A stretch of DNA of 64,000 nucleotides. It comes from Escherichia coli (lineage in GTDB: Bacteria > Pseudomonadota > Gammaproteobacteria > Enterobacterales > Enterobacteriaceae). Below, in pieces: positions 61,977 to 64,000 of the stretch. A program made the translations under genes and the position numbers. Position 1 is the stretch's first letter. The number at the start of each line of letters is the position of its first letter. The DNA lies in NCBI RefSeq assembly GCF_002854065.1, contig NZ_CP024147.1, one strand, 5' to 3'. The notes under the pieces are model-generated. The model did not search any database and had not been told where the DNA came from. It was given only the letters and a program-made list of their open reading frames with translations.

Positions 61977-64000
61977 ACGTCCAACCGCCGCTTTAGGGCG
62001 TTTCTTCGCACCAGCATTCACCGGACGAGATTGCGTAGACGACGCTTTTTTTGCCGTAGCAGGCGTCTGACGCTGGGTCGCCATCGGCGTATGTTTCGTC
62101 AACGCCGGACGGGTATTGCGGTTCTGGCGACGAGCCTCACGCATCTCTTCAATGGTTGGCGCAGGCACTAAGCAATCGCGACGGCTGCCAATCAGATGCT
62201 TTTTGCCCATCGCTTCCAGCGCCTGACGGATTAACGGCCAGTTTGCCGGATCGTGGTAACGCAACAACGCTTTATGCAAACGACGCTGTTTGTCACCCTT
62301 CGGTACAAAGACGTCTTCGCTCTTATAACCAATCTTCGCCAGCGGGTTTTTCCCGGTGTAATACATGGTGGTTGAGTTCGCCAGCGGCGACGGATAGAAG
62401 TTCTGCACCTGGTCGAGGCGGAAGCGGTGCTTTTTCAGCCACAGCGCCAGATTCACCATATCTTCATCACGCGTACCGGGGTGCGCGGAGATGAAATAGG
62501 GGATCAGATACTGCTCTTTACCTGCCTGTTTCGAGTAGGTATCGAACAGCTCTTTAAAGCGGTCATAACTGCCCATGCCCGGCTTCATCATCTTCGACAA
62601 CGGCCCTTCTTCGGTATGTTCCGGAGCAATCTTCAGATAACCGCCGACGTGATGGGTCGCCAGTTCTTTGATATAGCGCGGATCTTCCACGGCGATGTCA
62701 TAACGTACGCCTGAGGCAATCAGAATCTTTTTAATGCCTTTCAGATCGCGAGCGCGGCGATAGAGGTTGATCGTCGGTTCGTGGTTAGTGTCCATATGCG
62801 GACAAATATCCGGATAAACGCAGGACAAACGACGGCAGGTTTGTTCAGCGCGTGGCGATTTGCAGCGCAACATATACATGTTGGCAGTTGGCCCACCGAG
62901 ATCGGAAATTACGCCCGTAAAACCTGGAACGGTGTCGCGGATCGCTTCGATCTCATTAATGATCGAATCTTCGGAACGGCTCTGAATAATGCGCCCTTCG
63001 TGCTCGGTGATAGAACAGAAAGAGCAGCCGCCAAAGCAGCCGCGCATAATGTTGACCGAGAAACGGATCATTTCGTAAGCCGGAATACGGGCATTGCCAT
63101 AGGCCGGATGCGGCACGCGCTTGTACGGCAGCGCAAAAACGCTGTCCATCTCTTCGGTAGAAAGCGGAATAGCAGGCGGGTTGATCCACACATAGCGGTC
63201 GCCGTGTTTTTGCATCAATGCGCGGGCACAGCCTGGGTTGGTTTCGTGGTGCAGAATACGCGAAGCATGGGCGTACAGCACTTTATCGCCCTTCACTTTC
63301 TCGAAAGAAGGCAGCAACACGTAGGTTTTTTCCCACGGTTTCGGGCGCGGTGGCTGCACGGTTACGGCTTTGGCTTCCTGCTTTTTCGGTGCCACCGGTT
63401 TGTTATCCGCGCACGGCAAATCTTCACCATACGGATGCGGGATTGGGTCGATTTTTCCAGGGGTATCAAGACGGGTGGAATCCACGCCGCTCCAGCCAGG
63501 CAGCGCCTCTTTCACGATAATCGCGGTATTACGCACATCGCGGATTTCACTAATCGGCTCGCCCATCGCCAGACGGTGCGCCACCTCCACCAGCGGACGC
63601 TCACCGTTACCAAACATCAGCATGTCGGCTTTCGAATCCACCAGCACGGAACGGCGCACGGTATCGGACCAGTAATCATAATGCGCGGTACGGCGCAGAC
63701 TAGCCTCAATACCACCGAGGATCACCGGTACATCTTTCCACGCCTCTTTACAACGCTGGGTATAAACCAGTGTGGCGCGATCCGGGCGCTTACCCGCGAC
63801 GTTATCCGGCGTGTAGGCATCGTCATGACGTAAACGGCGATCGGCGGTATAACGGTTGATCATCGAATCCATGTTGCCAGCAGTAACACCGAAAAACAGA
63901 TTCGGTTTACCCAGACGCATGAAATCGTCTTTGCTGCTCCAGTCTGGCTGAGCGATGATCCCAACGCGAAAGCCCTGTGCTTCCAGCATACGACCGCAAA
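61974..64000 (-). CDS. ygiQ: Radical SAM-family protein YgiQ (UPF0313), C-terminal about 670 aa; N-terminus lies beyond window end
   Basis: ORF in track reaches 63989 without an upstream stop; CxxxCxxC motif [11 protein letters not shown]; lysine/arginine-rich C-terminal tail. Confidence 0.85.
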   Translation of the reverse strand, partial: CGRMLEAQGFRVGIIAQPDWSSKDDFMRLGKPNLFFGVTAGNMDSMINRYTADRRLRHDDAYTPDNVAGKRPDRATLVYTQRCKEAWKDVPVILGGIEASLRRTAHYDYWSDTVRRSVLVDSKADMLMFGNGERPLVEVAHRLAMGEPISEIRDVRNTAIIVKEALPGWSGVDSTRLDTPGKIDPIPHPYGEDLPCADNKPVAPKKQEAKAVTVQPPRPKPWEKTYVLLPSFEKVKGDKVLYAHASRILHHETNPGCARALMQKHGDRYVWINPPAIPLSTEEMDSVFALPYKRVPHPAYGNARIPAYEMIRFSVNIMRGCFGGCSFCSITEHEGRIIQSRSEDSIINEIEAIRDTVPGFTGVISDLGGPTANMYMLRCKSPRAEQTCRRLSCVYPDICPHMDTNHEPTINLYRRARDLKGIKKILIASGVRYDIAVEDPRYIKELATHHVGGYLKIAPEHTEEGPLSKMMKPGMGSYDRFKELFDTYSKQAGKEQYLIPYFISAHPGTRDEDMVNLALWLKKHRFRLDQVQNFYPSPLANSTTMYYTGKNPLAKIGYKSEDVFVPKGDKQRRLHKALLRYHDPANWPLIRQALEAMGKKHLIGSRRDCLVPAPTIEEMREARRQNRNTRPALTKHTPMATQRQTPATAKKASSTQSRPVNAGAKKRPKAAVGR

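Noticed and set aside
62781-63833. 350-aa ORF on the plus strand inside ygiQ
   Set aside because: Antisense shadow ORF of ygiQ; composition arginine-rich, no recognisable domain or start context

Overview
This window reads as an Escherichia/Shigella-type chromosomal segment; gene names are assigned by recognising the translated proteins, with no database search run. 1-12.1 kb: yggT(partial)-yggS-yggR-ruvX-yqgE-gshB-rsmE-endA-sprT-galP-metK-yqgD/yqgC/yqgB-speA, with yggR broken by a 1-bp frameshift. 12.2-15.4 kb: a rearrangement junction, consisting of one IS1 copy with no target-site duplication between two converging truncated gene starts, a ToxR-like regulator ORF, and a 1.4-kb AT-rich tract with no ORF in the track. 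15.4-26 kb: glycolate locus glcA-glcB-glcG-glcF-glcE-glcD with divergent glcC, then yghO. 26.4-37.9 kb: the most interesting candidate system, a cryptic lipid-type biosynthesis and export island (fatty acyl-AMP ligase, SDR, acyl carrier protein, alpha-oxoamine synthase; two LptF/LptG-like permeases; YtfJ-like protein; flippase-like membrane protein; three paralogous P-loop proteins) whose product is, to my knowledge, uncharacterised. 37.9-64 kb: pitB, gss, yghU, hydrogenase-2 operon hybOABCDEFG, yghW, yghX, gpr, yqhA, yghA, exbBD, metC, yghB, yqhC, yqhD, dkgA, yqhG, yqhH, ygiQ(partial). No rRNA, tRNA or CRISPR array was recognised. Starts were refined by eye from the ORF track, which also uses non-ATG starts.
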